Positions 23,938 through 32,000 are shown, counted from the stretch's first letter. The stretch is DNA of 32,000 nt from Ktedonobacterales bacterium (GCA_030167145.1 CP126532.1:60001-92000); one strand, 5' to 3'. Notes: generated by a model from the letters alone, not told the origin. Made by a program: numbers and translations.

Positions 23938-24878
23938 TTAACATAAATCCTGGATAAGCTCGGCCCCTGGCCCGGCCAGGAGGTGGCGGTCGAGATGCAG
24001 CGACGGTTTCTTGGGCTGGTGGCAGTAGGCAATGAGACCAGCCAGCAGGTGAACGAGGAAGTTGAGCGGGCTGTGATGGCGGGTATGTCGATCTGGCAGA
24101 CGTTCTTGCGCTGGTCGTTAATGCTCTCGATGATGGCGCGCTTGCGCAGCAGCAGCGTGTCAGTAGCGGCCAGCAGTCGCTCGCGCATGTTCTTGCGCAA
24201 CGTGGTAACGAGCTGGATGCCAGGCTCGACCAAGAGGTGCTCGGCCAGCGGCTGCGAGATATAGCCCCGGTCGCCAAAGAGTTTGCCGAAGAGGCGGCGC
24301 ACCAGGCGAGGCACAGGACGGAGGCACGGGGCGGCGGTCATCCACGTTGCCGGGGGTGAGGCAGACGGCCAGCAGTTCGCCCCGGTCATTGACCACCAGA
24401 TGCAACTTGAAGCAGTAGAACCCGCCGACCGAGGTCTTGCCACGCCGCGCATCGGCCCGAAAGACGTGATGTTGCGAGATACGCGCATTGTGGCAGACGC
24501 CCAGCGCGGTGGAGTCGACAAAGCTGATGCTGGTACACGTGCCCAGTTGGGGGTATGCAGGTAGACCGTCAGCGGCAGCAGCATGCGCGGCAGGAGCGCG
24601 ACAAAGCGGGTGGAGCTGACCAACTGCGGAAACTCGGCGCGCAACTGGACCTGAACCTGTTGCGTAGAAAAGCCCTGGAACGTCCGGTAGCCCGACGCTT
24701 GAAAGAGATTCAAGATGGTCATAATCTCACTCGGACATCCAGACACCTCTGCACACGTCTCCAGCAGCGCCTCATTGCCACCCCACAGCCCAAACTCGTC
24801 GCGTATGCTCATGCCCATGCCAAAATGCAACACAACGCAACACAACACAATGAGATCGTCTTCTGCCATCGCGCGCAT
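23938..24878 (-). pseudogene. IS982-family transposase, disrupted by three frame changes
   Basis: Pieces in three frames assemble to MRAMAEDD...SEIMTILNLFQASGYRTFQGF...FPQLVSSTRFVALLPRMLLPLTVYLHT / QLGTCTSISFVDSTALGVCHNARISQHHVFRADARRGKTSVGGFYCFKLHLVVNDRGELLAVCLTPGNVDDRRPVP / [73 protein letters not shown] / [32 protein letters not shown]...*. The frame changes are a shift at the G5/C5 run 24549-24553, a 13-bp duplication at 24309-24334, and a 1-nt loss near 24084-24092. Confidence 0.85.
24309..24334. repeat. 13-bp imperfect tandem duplication (aggcacaggacgg / aggcacggggcgg, 11/13) inside the IS982 transposase
   Basis: Read directly. Deleting unit 1 (24309-24321) restores the reading ...NVDDRRPVPRLVRRLFGKLFGD... 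Confidence 0.8.
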
Positions 24879-25048
24879 GCTCTCCTTCTCCTTGTTAGAC
24901 AGAATGTGCAGCAAACGTTCCCCTGCCTCCTCCACCGTCGTCGTCGCACCACTCCATCCTCAAAGACAGCGCCAGCAGAGCGGCAACCAGGCTAGGCGGA
25001 AGGAGCCAAGCCCCTGAGAGGCCGTTTTGAAAGTGGTAGACTGGAGAC

Positions 25049-25901
25049 ATGAACAGACAGATCGGAGAGCGCAAAGGGTATCCCAGCGACTTGAGCGATA
25101 CCGAGTGGCAGCTGCTTGAGCCGTTGGTGCCAGCGGTCAAGCGGGGTGGACGCCCGGCGCGCTGGAGTCGGCGCGAAATCGTGAACGGGGTGTTGTATAT
25201 CGTGCGGACCAGCAGCCAATGGCGCGCGCTGCCGCATGATCTGCCGCCGATCTGCCGCCGTGGCAAACCGTCTACTATTACTTTCGACAGTGGCGCAACG
25301 CTGGGCTGTGGGAGCAGATCCATACGGCGCTACGCGAACAGACCCGGCGCCAGTTGGGCCGTGAGCCAACGCCCAGCGCCGCGATTCTGGACAGCCAGTC
25401 GGTCAAGACCAGCCAAAACGGGGGCCGCGCGGCTACGACGCGCACAAACAGGTGATGGGGCGCAAATGGCATCTGCTGGTGGATACGCAAGGCTTTGTCC
25501 TCAAAGTGGTCGTCTCAGCGGCCAACGTGAGCGATCCCGCAGGCGGACGCTTGGTGCTGGCGGCGTTGGACCTGTTCGGCCCGGAGCTGCCGCGCCTGAC
25601 CCATCTGTGGGCCGATGCCGCCTATAGCGGCACCTTTGCCGATGAGCTGCGCGCGCAGCAGGGCTGGACCGTCGAGATCGTCAAGCGCTTGCAAGAGCAG
25701 CCACCGCAGGTCTTCCAGGTGCAGCCACACCGCTGGATTGTCGAGCGCACCTTCGGCGGGTGGGGCGGGTTCCGGCGGCTGGCCAAGGACTTCGAGTATC
25801 ACCTCGAATCCAGCGAAGCGCTCATTTATGCCAGCATGAGCCACCTCCTGCTGCGGCGGCTCAGCCGCATCGCTCATGCATCTTCCAGCCCGGCTGGATA
25901 A
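25049..25901 (+). pseudogene. IS5-family DDE transposase, disrupted by an 11-bp tandem duplication (plus one further frame change that may be programmed)
   Basis: N-terminus YPSDLSDTEWQLLEPLVPAVKRGGRPARWSRREIVNGVLYIVRTSSQWRALPHDLPP. After removing one copy of gatctgccgcc it continues WQTVYYYFRQWRNAGLWEQIHTALREQTRRQLGREPTPSAAILDSQSVKTSQNGG. A -1 change near 25420-25433 then joins PRGYDAHKQVMGRKWHLLVDTQGF...HLWADAAYSG...HRWIVERTFGGWGGFRRLAKDFE (track ORF 25452..25901). Confidence 0.85.
25238..25259. repeat. Perfect 11-bp tandem duplication gatctgccgcc x2 inside the IS5 transposase
   Basis: Read directly: units at 25238-25248 and 25249-25259. It shifts the frame exactly at the conserved LPHDLPPWQTVYYYF motif. 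Confidence 0.9.
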
Positions 25902-25917
25902 CTTTCAAAACAGTCTC

Positions 25918-27111
25918 TTAGGATGACGCAGCTACCAACGTGGCGATATGCTGGAAGAACACAACGAGCGCTTTAGCGGCAGCATCCTGGGATGGCTGGT
26001 CGCGTATGGCGATGGCAACGATATACTGTGGCCCATTGTGGGGTGTCACGATGCCAGCGGCGTTGAGCGTCCAGCCGTAAGCTGTGTGGATCGCGCCACT
26101 CACGAGAACACTGGTGGCATTGACATTGACAGCCACGCCAATGTCGGCAGTAGAGGGACTTGTAGGCGCACTGGCAAGCTGGGTAAGAGCGAGCGTGCGG
26201 TTGGAACTGCTCAGGCCAGGATTTGTTTCGAGAGCCAGATAGAATTGCACCATGGCTGTCGCTGTCGCTTGCGCTGACAGCCAGTCCGCGCCCGGTTGGA
26301 TGGCTGATACACCGATGTCTGCCAGGTATGTCGAAATGCCAGAGGCGCCGCCGACTTGACTATATACCTGTGGCAACACTTGCTGATCGCCCGCTGCGAT
26401 GACCTGAGCTTTAAGCGGAATCGCAACAGGTGGATTGGACAACGACTCGCTCTTGGCGAGCCAGGTTAGTAATACGACCGAGCGGAATCCGTCACTCAGG
26501 GCAAACGGAGTATCCTGATTCACACGATACATCTGGCCTGAGTCCGGGAAGTAGAAGGCGGCAGACAGCGAATCTTTATAGTGCGCCATTACCTGACCTA
26601 GCGCGGGCGAGAGCGCACCAAGATCACCTATGGGCCGAGCATCCGATTCGAACGCGACAAGTGCGTTGTCCACAACCCACCCACTCCCGCCGCTGCTAGC
26701 AGTAGGGCCATACCAGCGGATGTGCGCCCAATCAATGGCACCGCTTAGCCGATGGTCAAGAACCGTCACGGGGAATCCCGCCTCAAAACTGGCGATACTG
26801 GCTTGTCCTACTCCGGGATGCGCTTGCACGCGCGTGGTGGCAACGGTCCAGGCAGCGTGAGGGAGCGAACGATCTGGCGTGGCGGTAGGTGACTGTGATA
26901 GCACAAGAGCAGGTATCGGCGGGAGATCTGCGTGCCAGGTGGGCAGCATCTGATGTGTGAGGGCCAGGGGCACGATACCCACTAGACAGAATATAACCAG
27001 CAGCAATGGCGCACGCCACCAAACCTGTAGACGCTGGAGACGGCGCACCCGGCGTTGTAGTGACGGGTGTTCGTCGCGTAAGCCTGCTGTGTTGTCGGCT
27101 TTGCGCTTCAT
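25918..27111 (-). CDS. Membrane-anchored protein with SH3b-like domain and class-A beta-lactamase-fold (serine-hydrolase-like) domain lacking catalytic motifs
   Basis: Preferred start is ATG 27111 (MKRKADN..., GGGAGAG upstream); the track start is 27150. N-terminal TM helix WWRAPLLLVIFCLVGIVPLAL. SH3b-like VATTRVQAHPGVGQASIASFEAGFPVTVLD...IDWAHIRW...GWVVDNAL. The beta-lactamase-like region aligns by eye, but SxxK reads SDGF, SDN reads GDQ and KTG reads SGA. Confidence 0.65.
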   Translation of the reverse strand: MKRKADNTAGLRDEHPSLQRRVRRLQRLQVWWRAPLLLVIFCLVGIVPLALTHQMLPTWHADLPPIPALVLSQSPTATPDRSLPHAAWTVATTRVQAHPGVGQASIASFEAGFPVTVLDHRLSGAIDWAHIRWYGPTASSGGSGWVVDNALVAFESDARPIGDLGALSPALGQVMAHYKDSLSAAFYFPDSGQMYRVNQDTPFALSDGFRSVVLLTWLAKSESLSNPPVAIPLKAQVIAAGDQQVLPQVYSQVGGASGISTYLADIGVSAIQPGADWLSAQATATAMVQFYLALETNPGLSSSNRTLALTQLASAPTSPSTADIGVAVNVNATSVLVSGAIHTAYGWTLNAAGIVTPHNGPQYIVAIAIRDQPSQDAAAKALVVFFQHIATLVAASS

Positions 27112-27327
27112 GCTCTCCCGCCCTTGTGCCAATGTGGCTCGGAGAACCATTCGGGGTCACTCGCGCCGATATTGTAGCAGACTTTGGGCGCTACGGGAAC
27201 AACAAAAGCGCACTGAGACGTTTCGTGGCCCGTGTCGTGTGCTACAATGGCGCAATGCGCGAGCAAACGAAGGATACGCTTGCCACTACCGAAAGTAGAA
27301 ACGCCGGCAATCGCTTGGAGGAAATAC

Positions 27328-28482
27328 ATGAGCAGGCAGCGTGCGGGAAGGCGCAATCGCGGGCCAGTGGTGCTGGTGGTTAGTCCTCACGCGGGGCGCG
27401 CAAACCACGAGGATCCAGCCAAACTACTGAAAGCGGCGGGTCTAAAGGTCGGCGAGGTGCTAGAGATCAGTGAACTTGATCGCACAGAGCCACTGGGACC
27501 AAGATGGCGTGAGCAAGGCTTCACGGTGGCGGTGGCGGCTGGAGGCGACGGGACGATTGGCGCAGTGGCGAGCCAAATTGTGGAAACTGGTCTGCCACTT
27601 GGAATTCTGCCGATGGGTACGTCGAACGACGTTGCTCGTGCGGTTCAGGTTCCACTCGACCTGGCGGCGGCGGCGCGAGGGATAGCTACTGGCATTTCAA
27701 CCAGCATTGATGTTGCTCAGGCAATACCGGCCACCACTGAACCGCTGAAGCAAGTGCAAGAGAAAGACGATGCCGCTGATTATGCAACGCGCGCCAAACG
27801 CGGCGCATACTTTTTGCATGCGCTCACGTTAGGGCTGAATGTGGAGTTTGCGCGGCTCGCGACGGATGTGGCGCACCGGCAGCGCTACGGCGCATTCAAC
27901 TATGCGGTCTCCGCGCTCGAATCGGTGACGAAGTTTCGGCCGGTGCGGCTGACGATGCGGCTGGAAGGCGTGCGTCGCATTGGTGGTTCGCGGGCTGAGG
28001 TTCCTGACGACGATGGCACTCTCACGATAGAGCACTCCGTAGTGCAGATCGCAGCCATCAATCTCCCCGTTTTCGGAGGGAAGCGGAATCTCCGCCTGCC
28101 CGATGTAGAATTGCACGACCGCCTGCTTGACTTTGTAGTGATCCCGGCGGCTGAACCACCGAATTTGCGTGCGTCGGCTGAGCGCTGGCTGGGCGCGCTA
28201 GAGCGTCTGGGCGAACTCATTCCTGGGCGGGCACGGACCGAAGAGCCAGAACCTACTGTTGAGCAGGACCTCACAACCTGGCCAGGTGTGATACGCTATC
28301 AAGCACGCGAGGCCATGATTGATACCGATGAGCAATTCGATGTGACTCTGGATGGAGAAGTACGCGGACATACCCCGGTGCTGCTGCGGGTTGCGGAGAC
28401 TCCGCTTAAGATCCTGCTACCCGCCAGCGCTCACGATGCCCTCGCTGCGACATCCGCGGGCAGGGACAACACGACACAATGA
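27328..28482 (+). CDS. Diacylglycerol-kinase-family lipid kinase (YegS/BmrU-like)
   Basis: Start moved to ATG 27328 (GGAGGA 5 nt upstream; the track start is 27232). DAGK catalytic-domain motif VVLVVSPHAGR...AVAAGGDGTIGAVASQIVETGLPLGILPMGTSNDVARAV. Its stop overlaps the helicase start (ATGA at 28479-28482). Confidence 0.85.
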   Translation: MSRQRAGRRNRGPVVLVVSPHAGRANHEDPAKLLKAAGLKVGEVLEISELDRTEPLGPRWREQGFTVAVAAGGDGTIGAVASQIVETGLPLGILPMGTSNDVARAVQVPLDLAAAARGIATGISTSIDVAQAIPATTEPLKQVQEKDDAADYATRAKRGAYFLHALTLGLNVEFARLATDVAHRQRYGAFNYAVSALESVTKFRPVRLTMRLEGVRRIGGSRAEVPDDDGTLTIEHSVVQIAAINLPVFGGKRNLRLPDVELHDRLLDFVVIPAAEPPNLRASAERWLGALERLGELIPGRARTEEPEPTVEQDLTTWPGVIRYQAREAMIDTDEQFDVTLDGEVRGHTPVLLRVAETPLKILLPASAHDALAATSAGRDNTTQ

Positions 28483-31187
28483 CGAACGACCAACAGAAGA
28501 GCGTAAACGAGCGGAAACGCCCACTACACCGGAAACCAATGCAGGCTAAACGCAACAATTCTCCCACTACGATGCGGCACAGGCAGGGGCAGGTTGTAAA
28601 CGAAGCGCCTTCCGAGACTCCTCATGTGTTTACGCCACAGGCTATTGCGCTCGTCGAGGCATTCGCACTATCTCAACCCTTTGCACTTGATCCTTTTCAG
28701 ATCGAAGCAGCACAGCATTTAGCTGAGGGGCGCTCGGTGCTTGTGGCCGCGCCAACGGGAACTGGCAAAACCGTCGTGGCGGAGTTTGGCATCTGGCAGG
28801 CGCGTCGAGCTGGACAGCGCGCCATTTATACGGCTCCACTCAAAGCGCTCTCGAATCAGAAGTTCCGCGATCTGCGGGCGCGCTATGGTGAGGGAGAGGT
28901 TGGGCTGCTTACGGGCGACGTGGTCGAGCATCCACGCGCGCCCATCGTCGTCATGACAACCGAGATCTATCGCAATATGCTTTTGGAAGGTTGTCGCACG
29001 GCATCAGCGATGCCCGCTGAAGACACGGCTGCTCAGCCACAACGAGAGTCCCCAGCGCAGCACGTAATAGATGCTGATGTCGTAGCAGCAGATGATGTAG
29101 CGGAATTGGCACGGCAGGCAGCACTTGACGACGAGCTTTCTACGGTTGGCTGTGTGATCTTTGATGAATTGCACTATCTGAGCGATCCGCAACGAGGGCC
29201 AGTTTGGGAGGAGGCGATCATTCACTCCCCATCCCATGTCACCTTCATTGGGCTTTCAGCCACAGTCAGTAATGCCGATGAACTGCGGCGGTGGATTGCG
29301 CATGTTCACGGGCCGATGGCGCTAGTTTTTCATACGGAACGTTCGGTGCCGCTGGAGCACTACTTCTTCCTAGATACAAAACTTCATCTTGTCCGCAATG
29401 CGGCTGGCGCGCGCGTCGCACGGTTCCCCAATATTGGCGGCGAGGCAAAGCTTGCGCGCATGCGGGGGCGCGCACGTCGCTACGCGGACGAGAGTATGCC
29501 AACTGACCGGCGGCCACGACTTGCCTACACGACTGGTGAAAATGGCACACGAGAGGAAACAGGCGGAAAGAATGCGAACGATGGCCAGCCACCGCAAGCT
29601 GAAGAACCACAAATGCGCGAGGCGCCAGAGCCGGGTGAAGTGCTCACAGCACTGCGCGCGGCAGGTCTCCTGCCGTGTCTCTACTTCTTGCCAGGCAGGC
29701 GTGCGGTAGAGACAGCAGCCGAAAGTGCGAAGGGCCATCTCCTGGTAGATCCCGAAGATCGAGTGCGGCTGCACGCGGAGGTGCAGGAGTGGGTACGGAA
29801 ACTACCACCCGAAGACCAGAAGTTGGAGCAAGTGCAGCGGTTGGCAGCATTGCTTCCACGCGGGCTGGCGTATCACCATGCAGGGCTACTGCCCGTGCTG
29901 AAGATTATGGTTGAGACGCTATTCCAGCGCGGCAAACTCAAGGCGGTCTTTGCGACAGATACGCTAGCGCTCGGCATCAATATGCCCGCGAGATCGGTGG
30001 TATTGGGGAGCCTCAGTAAGTTCGATGGCGTACAGATGCGTCTGCTGACACCGAACGAGTACCAGCAACTCACGGGACGCGCAGGCCGCCGGGGCATGGA
30101 CGCAAAGGGCGCGGCAGTGCTGCTATATTCACCGTGGGATGCCTTCGAGCCAGCGTTTGCGATGTTAACAGGGACATTGCTACCAGTGTCCAGCGCCTTC
30201 ACGATCCGCTACAACAGCATCCTCAATCTCTGGCGCCCAGGTGATTTGGATCGGCTGCAGCTCGCAGTTGCGGCGAGTCTGAAGGAGTTTCAGCGCCGTG
30301 GCGGATCGGGGCAACGCCGTAGCGAGGTCACATATGACATCGCGCGGGTACGTAGCAGCAAACAAGAGCGCGAGCGTCAGCCGGCCAAAGGATACCGATT
30401 GAGTCGCGCTGCACAAGCAGAATTGAACGGAACAATCACGACATTGCGGCGGTTAGCCTTCATTGGCCGTAACGACGAGTTGACCGTAAAGGGGAGGCTG
30501 TTGCGTTCCATTTTCCACCCAGCAGGGATCGTGCTCGCCGATCTCCTGGCACATGGCGCCTTGGAGAATCTGAATCCAGCGGAACTAGCTGAAGTGATAA
30601 GCTGGTTTACCTTTGATGATGATCGTCCTCTGCGGAACCGCGAAGCCGAGTCACAGCGCATGCTCGAAGTCCGACGCGAAATCTATGCTGCATTCAGACG
30701 TGTGTTGGAGGTCGAATATGAGGAAGGTTTGGCGTTGACGCCAATGATTGTGGATGACTTCCATGGCGTGGCGCTCAACTGGCATCGTGGATTTTCGCTG
30801 GGCGGACTGCTCCGGCGCATTGATCTGGCCGAGGGCGATCTGCTGGTTGCGCTGAACCAGACGATTGATCTTCTGCAGCAACTTCAGTCCGCAGTGGGAC
30901 AGACATTAGATGCGCGTGACCTCTGGGTGGATGCAGGCAAGGAAACACGTTACGGACGCTACCTGGACGAAGTTCGGCGGCGCTTGATGCGATTACGTCC
31001 AGTCTTCGATACCGCCTGGCGTGGGATGCTACGCGGCAGCGTGGCACAGAGTCGCGCGATTCCCTCGATGGCGACGCCGAATCTGGATGTATTGCCCGCT
31101 ATCGCAATGGCTGAGGATGAAGACCCAGCGGAGGCGCGGGCCGACCGAGTAGAGATGGACACAGCGGAAAGAGAAGCGCAGGCTTAA
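28479..31187 (+). CDS. Ski2-like (HelY/DSHCT-type) DEAD/DEAH-box superfamily 2 RNA helicase
   Basis: 902-aa ORF. Motif I AAPTGTGKT, motif II FDELHYLSD, motif III LSATVSN, motif VI QLTGRAGRRGMD. It has a long C-terminal arch/DSHCT-like region and a low-complexity insert at about residues 320-380. Confidence 0.9.
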   Translation: MTNDQQKSVNERKRPLHRKPMQAKRNNSPTTMRHRQGQVVNEAPSETPHVFTPQAIALVEAFALSQPFALDPFQIEAAQHLAEGRSVLVAAPTGTGKTVVAEFGIWQARRAGQRAIYTAPLKALSNQKFRDLRARYGEGEVGLLTGDVVEHPRAPIVVMTTEIYRNMLLEGCRTASAMPAEDTAAQPQRESPAQHVIDADVVAADDVAELARQAALDDELSTVGCVIFDELHYLSDPQRGPVWEEAIIHSPSHVTFIGLSATVSNADELRRWIAHVHGPMALVFHTERSVPLEHYFFLDTKLHLVRNAAGARVARFPNIGGEAKLARMRGRARRYADESMPTDRRPRLAYTTGENGTREETGGKNANDGQPPQAEEPQMREAPEPGEVLTALRAAGLLPCLYFLPGRRAVETAAESAKGHLLVDPEDRVRLHAEVQEWVRKLPPEDQKLEQVQRLAALLPRGLAYHHAGLLPVLKIMVETLFQRGKLKAVFATDTLALGINMPARSVVLGSLSKFDGVQMRLLTPNEYQQLTGRAGRRGMDAKGAAVLLYSPWDAFEPAFAMLTGTLLPVSSAFTIRYNSILNLWRPGDLDRLQLAVAASLKEFQRRGGSGQRRSEVTYDIARVRSSKQERERQPAKGYRLSRAAQAELNGTITTLRRLAFIGRNDELTVKGRLLRSIFHPAGIVLADLLAHGALENLNPAELAEVISWFTFDDDRPLRNREAESQRMLEVRREIYAAFRRVLEVEYEEGLALTPMIVDDFHGVALNWHRGFSLGGLLRRIDLAEGDLLVALNQTIDLLQQLQSAVGQTLDARDLWVDAGKETRYGRYLDEVRRRLMRLRPVFDTAWRGMLRGSVAQSRAIPSMATPNLDVLPAIAMAEDEDPAEARADRVEMDTAEREAQA

Positions 31188-32000
31188 TCCTCCACAACCG
31201 CTTCTGCGGGGACTTCAGTTCTTTGTGCCACACTGGATGACATGTGCTCATCTTTGTAAATTGAAAGTACGTCGCTTCGCCGCAGCAATCCAATCGGTGG
31301 TGTGGGTGGTTTCGCAGCAACAACGGGTAATTGGCGCAGCCCATACCGACTCAGTTTGCGCGCTGCAGCGGCAAGGGTGTCACTGGGCGCAATAGTGATG
31401 AGATTACGTATGGCTATCTTGCCAACAGTTAACTCTTCATCTATGGATTGCCCACGCAGATCTGCCCGCGTGATGATGCCTGTGAGCAGCCCATGCGCGT
31501 CTACGACGAGGAGCGCCGCGCCTCGTTCGTCTAGTAAAGCACGCGCATGGGCCAATGAATCGCTCTCCCGGACCGTGCGAGGTGTCGTGAGCATAACGTC
31601 TGCCACACGCGCGGATTCGATTTCTTTCCCGTCACTGCCCCCCATTCCATCGGGAGCGATTTGTCCCCCAGTGGAGTTCAGCGTATCTGAGTGCTGACTG
31701 ATCAAGCGAGAGACTGCATCGAGGGTGAGAATGCCTGTGAAGCGTGATGGCGATTGACGCGAGACGACGATAAGCTGGCGCACATGTTTGCGGGACATAC
31801 GCGACCATGCCGCGTACAGTGGCTCGTCATCAAAGGCGCGGGGCACACGGCGCGACATGATCTGGCGAGCGTTGGTGGTTGGCATCTCTTTTGGCGTGAC
31901 GTGTGCTAACGCAGATGCCGTTACGATACCTGTGAGGTGTCCCTGGCTGTTGATAAGCGGGATAGCAGCAAGGTGATGGTCGCTAAGGATCTGCCGTACT
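31184..32000 (-). CDS. CBS-domain protein, C-terminal part (5' end lies beyond base 32000)
   Basis: Track ORF 31184..31885 stays open upstream to the window edge (my translation: VRQILSDHHLAAIPLINSQGHLTGIVTASALAHVTPKEMPTTNARQIMSRRVP...). There are repeated CBS-type segments (..VRQLIVV....FTGILTLDAV.., ..AALLVVDAHGLLTGIITRADL.., ..LRQLPVV......IGLLRRSDV). Confidence 0.8.
   Translation of the reverse strand, partial: VRQILSDHHLAAIPLINSQGHLTGIVTASALAHVTPKEMPTTNARQIMSRRVPRAFDDEPLYAAWSRMSRKHVRQLIVVSRQSPSRFTGILTLDAVSRLISQHSDTLNSTGGQIAPDGMGGSDGKEIESARVADVMLTTPRTVRESDSLAHARALLDERGAALLVVDAHGLLTGIITRADLRGQSIDEELTVGKIAIRNLITIAPSDTLAAAARKLSRYGLRQLPVVAAKPPTPPIGLLRRSDVLSIYKDEHMSSSVAQRTEVPAEAVVED

Larger units (their letters stand above)
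23903..24930 (-). mobile_element. IS982-family insertion sequence, decayed copy (boundaries approximate; inverted repeats not confidently identified)
   Basis: About 1 kb around a transposase with IS982-family motifs. Ends are inferred from the transposase limits and an AAGGAGAAGGAG RBS. I could not align convincing terminal IRs. Confidence 0.65.
25018..25917 (+). mobile_element. IS5-family insertion sequence (about 900 bp) with 16-bp terminal inverted repeats
   Basis: IRL gaggccgttttgaaag (25018-25033) versus the reverse complement of IRR, gagactgttttgaaag (25902-25917): 14/16 identical. Flanking triplets are TGA (25015-25017) and TTA (25918-25920), i.e. TNA-type. Confidence 0.8.

Noticed and set aside
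24549-24553. IS982 frame change at the homopolymer run as a programmed frameshift
   Set aside because: IS982-family transposases are normally single ORFs, and this copy has two further disruptions. A homopolymer indel (real or a sequencing error) is the simpler explanation.
25420-25433. Second frame change in the IS5 transposase, counted as decay
   Set aside because: Not counted as definite decay. It sits at the boundary between the DNA-binding and DDE domains, where some IS5-family members use a programmed -1 frameshift, and it coincides with a G5 run. The site is not a classical X-XXY-YYZ heptamer either, so this remains unresolved.
1-32000. Search for canonical defence or mobile systems (restriction-modification, Cas, toxin-antitoxin pairs, retron RT, Abi, phage integrase, conjugation genes)
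   Set aside because: None recognised by eye in any of the supported ORFs. The only hint is the weak R-x4-H motif in the 445-aa orphan protein.

Overview
Bacterial chromosomal segment of roughly 60% GC (estimated by eye, not computed), with GGAGG-type ribosome-binding sites and several ATGA or 4-bp overlapping gene junctions. The gene families suggest a Chloroflexota- or Actinobacteria-like organism, but that is inference only. I can support 21 protein-coding genes (two run off the window edges) and 4 pseudogenes or gene remnants. There are also two decayed insertion sequences side by side (IS982-family at 23.9-24.9 kb, IS5-family at 25.0-25.9 kb), a set of 11-13 bp tandem duplications, and a few strong hairpins. 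I recognised no rRNA, tRNA, CRISPR array, prophage or canonical defence genes (RM, Cas, toxin-antitoxin, retron, Abi). Layout: (1) 0-9 kb holds an EamA transporter, an orphan 445-aa protein, a GT4 glycosyltransferase, a translationally coupled HhH-GPD glycosylase/NUDIX/eIF-2B-like trio, a divergent ROK protein, a tail-anchored pseudokinase and a HIT hydrolase. (2) 9.0-13.4 kb looks GC-richer and carries a frameshifted FAD monooxygenase and a CrtI-like oxidoreductase. (3) 13.5-19.4 kb is a three-gene His-Asp phosphorelay: a hybrid kinase with HPt, a REC-kinase, and a convergent REC/glutaredoxin-like/thioredoxin-reductase-like protein with no CxxC redox cysteines. (4) 20-23.5 kb holds a quinone oxidoreductase, an SDR remnant, a tiny membrane protein and a C-terminally truncated GH9 glucanase. 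(5) 23.6-25.9 kb is a repeat-rich spacer plus the two dead IS copies. (6) 25.9-32 kb holds an SH3b/beta-lactamase-fold protein lacking catalytic motifs, a DAG-kinase-like lipid kinase coupled to a Ski2-like helicase, and a CBS-domain protein. The best candidates for something new are: the phosphorelay that appears to end on a flavoprotein response regulator lacking redox cysteines; the recurrent 11-13 bp tandem duplications that disrupt both IS transposases and also occur in nearby non-coding DNA; the glycosylase/NUDIX/eIF-2B-like operon; and an unusual density of pseudo-enzymes. All functional calls come from by-eye motif recognition and none was checked against a database.
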